A stretch of 64,000 nt of DNA from Cetorhinus maximus (lineage: Eukaryota), in the NCBI RefSeq assembly GCF_964194155.1, contig NC_135901.1:1550001-1614000 (forward strand). Direction: 5' to 3'. This document shows, piece by piece, positions 61,481 through 64,000 of the stretch. The notes under the pieces are model-generated. The model ran no database searches. It was not told where the DNA came from and saw only the letters and a program-made list of their open reading frames with translations. Position numbers and translations under genes: made by a program. Every line of letters starts with the position of its first letter. Within the stretch, counting starts at the first letter, position 1.

Positions 61481-62714
61481 TTCAACGCAACAGAGTTGAT
61501 AAGGTGCTAATAAAAGCATATGGGTTCCTTGAGTTTAGAAATGGAGGCACAGAATATAAAAGCAATGTGATTGTACCAGAACTTGCATGACTGTTCTTTC
61601 AGAGAGCCAGCACAGTCACAATGGGCCAAATGGCCATCTTCTGTGCTCTAATTTAATGGCAACACAAGCCTTTTCTTCTCCTTAATCCACTCTTTGACAG
61701 ACATAATGCCTCGAAGCAGTGAATATACTGAGAAATATACGCAATTATCCTGATTCCCGTTTGGTTAGAGATGTGACCTCTGTCCTTGTCTCACTTTACA
61801 GATTGTGATGGAAAGCTCAAATCTTTATAGATCTCTAGTCAGGCACACTGTGCTAGATGATTCAGCAAAGCTGTCCCAGAAACGAGATGGTGCCTGAAAA
61901 AAATGCCATATGCCAATCTGTCCACCATCAAGTTAGAATTTGAGGCAATAAGCGATCACTGTTTTAAAATAAACCGTTCACAGGATGTGGGCTTCGTTGG
62001 CTGGGCCAGCATTTATTGTCCATCCCTAATCGCCCCTTGAGAAGGTGGTGTTGAGCTGCCTTCTTGAACCGCTGCAGTCCATGTGGTGTAGGTACACCCA
62101 CGGTGCTGTTAGGGAGGGAGTTCCAGGATTTTGACCCAGCGACAGTGAAGGAACGGCGATATATTTCCAAGTCCGGATTTCCACCTTGGCTGGAGAGGCA
62201 GAACGGGGGCGGGGGCGGGGGGGGGGGGAGGGGGGGTGGTGGGTGGGGGGGGGGGGGGTGGTGGGTGGGTGGTAGGGTGGTGGGTGGGCGGGCCGGCGCA
62301 GCCTCAGGATAAAGGGTTGGCAATTTTGGACTGAGATGAGGAGAAACTTCTTCGCTCAGAGCATTGTGAACCTTTGGAATTCCCTGCCTTAAAAAATTGT
62401 GGATGCTCAGATGTTGAGTATATTCAAGACTGAGATTGATATGTTTTTGGATATTAAGGGATATGGGGATATGTCAGGCGAGGAAGTGGAGTGAGGTAGA
62501 AGATCAGCTACGATCTTATTGAATGGCGGAGCAGGCCCTTCTGCTCCATGATGACCCCTTCTTGCCTAATAATCTATTGTCTGACTGATTAAACTTCGCC
62601 ATTCAGTATAACCTTAGCAGTGCACTCAGCTAAATTGTACAGTGACACACTAAACTCAGGAGCATCTTGGGGGATGAACAATTTGAACCATTTCCTTAAG
62701 TAACATTCGTGAAT

Positions 62715-63435
62715 CATTAAGTGCCCGGCAATGACAATTGCCAACAAGAGAGAATCTAAACATCTCCCCTTGATGTTCAATGACATTACCATCACTGAAA
62801 CCCCCACTGTCAACACCCTGGGAGGATACCATTGGCCAGAAACTGAACTGGACGAGCCATATAAAATACTATCGCTACAAGAGCTACAGACTGGGAATTC
62901 TGAGGTGAGTAACTCACCTCCTGACTTCCCAAAGCCTGTCCACCATCTACAAGGCACAAGTCAGGAGTGTGATGGAATACTCTTCACTTGCCTATATGAG
63001 TGTAGCTCCCACACACACAAGAAGCTCGACACAATCCAGTACAAAGCAGCCCGCTTAATTGGCACCACATCCACAAACATTCACTCCCTCCACCACCGAC
63101 GCACAATGGCAGCAGTGTGCCCCATCTACAAGATACACTGCAGCAACTCACCAAGGATCCTTTGACAGTACGTCCAAAACCTGCAACCTGCATCGCCATG
63201 AAGGACAAGGGCAGCAGATAAATGGGAACACCACCACCTGGAAGTTCTCCTCCACGTCACATACTATCCTGACTTGGAAGTATATCGCCATTCCTTCACT
63301 ATCGCTGGAACTCCCTCCCTAACAGCACTGTGGGTGTACCTACAACACAGGGACTGCAGCTGTTCAAGAAGGCAGCTCACCACCACCTTCTCAAGGGGCA
63401 ATTAGGAATGGGCAATAAATGAAAGAATGAAAAAA
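62715..63435 (+). mobile_element. LINE (CR1/L2 group) RT C-terminus plus 3' tail
   Basis: KKLDTIQYKAARLIG...SLHHRRTMAAVCPIYKIHCSNSPRIL; same family as 57660-58070 and 61975-62172 (-). Confidence 0.75.
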
Positions 63436-63734
63436 CAATTTTACAACAGGACAAACTATCTTTAAGTTTTAAAAAAAAGTTTTAAATTTTAACCATACCA
63501 ATTCCTAGCCCTGTGTAAGCATGTCTAGAGGATGGGGGTATGAAATGTCATACATTGATAGAGACAACTAGAAGATGGCCAGTAATCATTGATCATCCCA
63601 ATAATTTCTTAGTTCCACAGGAAGATGTGTTGCATGGAGCACATCAAAAGTAACAAGCAATTCAGTTGAAGAGAATTAGCTGCTAAATGCCAACTGGAGA
63701 AGACAGGGCCTCAGTTTAATGTGTCATCCGAATG

Positions 63735-64000
63735 TCATCCCTCCGACAGTGCAGAATTCCCTCAGGACTCATCCTCTGACAGTGCAGCACTCCCTCAATA
63801 CTGACCCTCCGTCAGTGCTGCGCTCCCTCAGTACTGACCCTCTGACCGGGCATCGCTCCCTCAGTACTGACCCTCCGACAGGGCAGCACTCCCTCAGTAC
63901 TGACCCTCCGACAGGGCAGCACTCCCTCAGTACTGACCCTCCGACAGGGCAGCACTCCCTCAGTACTGACCCTCCGACAGGGCAGCACTCCCTCAGTACT
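63735..64000. repeat. 33-bp minisatellite running off the window end
   Basis: ccctcagtactgaccctccgacagggcagcact, about 8 copies, becoming more homogeneous toward the 3' end. Confidence 0.95.

Overview
Vertebrate genomic DNA. The repeat content (CR1, L2, RTE, Tx1, Penelope, tRNA-derived SINEs) suggests a cartilaginous fish; this is an inference. Positions 1-47.3 kb hold a tandem cluster of C2H2 zinc-finger genes with no visible KRAB domain, in which all fingers lie in one exon. Four have substantial open ORFs (5.7-6.3, 10.5-11.1, 30.7-32.2 and 39.7-40.6 kb), three are disrupted, and there are smaller relics. The cluster was built by segmental duplication of a cassette containing a CpG promoter (ZNF143/Staf, NRF1 and YY1 motifs), the finger exon and, in two copies, a decayed retroviral-like pol with dual RNase H, integrase and an env-like leader. 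Positions 55.5-60.6 kb hold the last five coding exons of a disabled D2-type dopamine receptor gene (probably drd2l); its TM1-TM3 exons were not found. The main leads are: a conserved 17-codon in-frame peptide after the stop codon of several ZNF paralogs that is constitutively encoded in one paralog; a near-invariant 147-274 bp block at the ZNF poly(A)/retroelement junction; Penelope hammerhead-ribozyme fold-backs; and a 38-bp repeat array with a conserved core in the receptor's last intron. All alignments and counts were done by eye.
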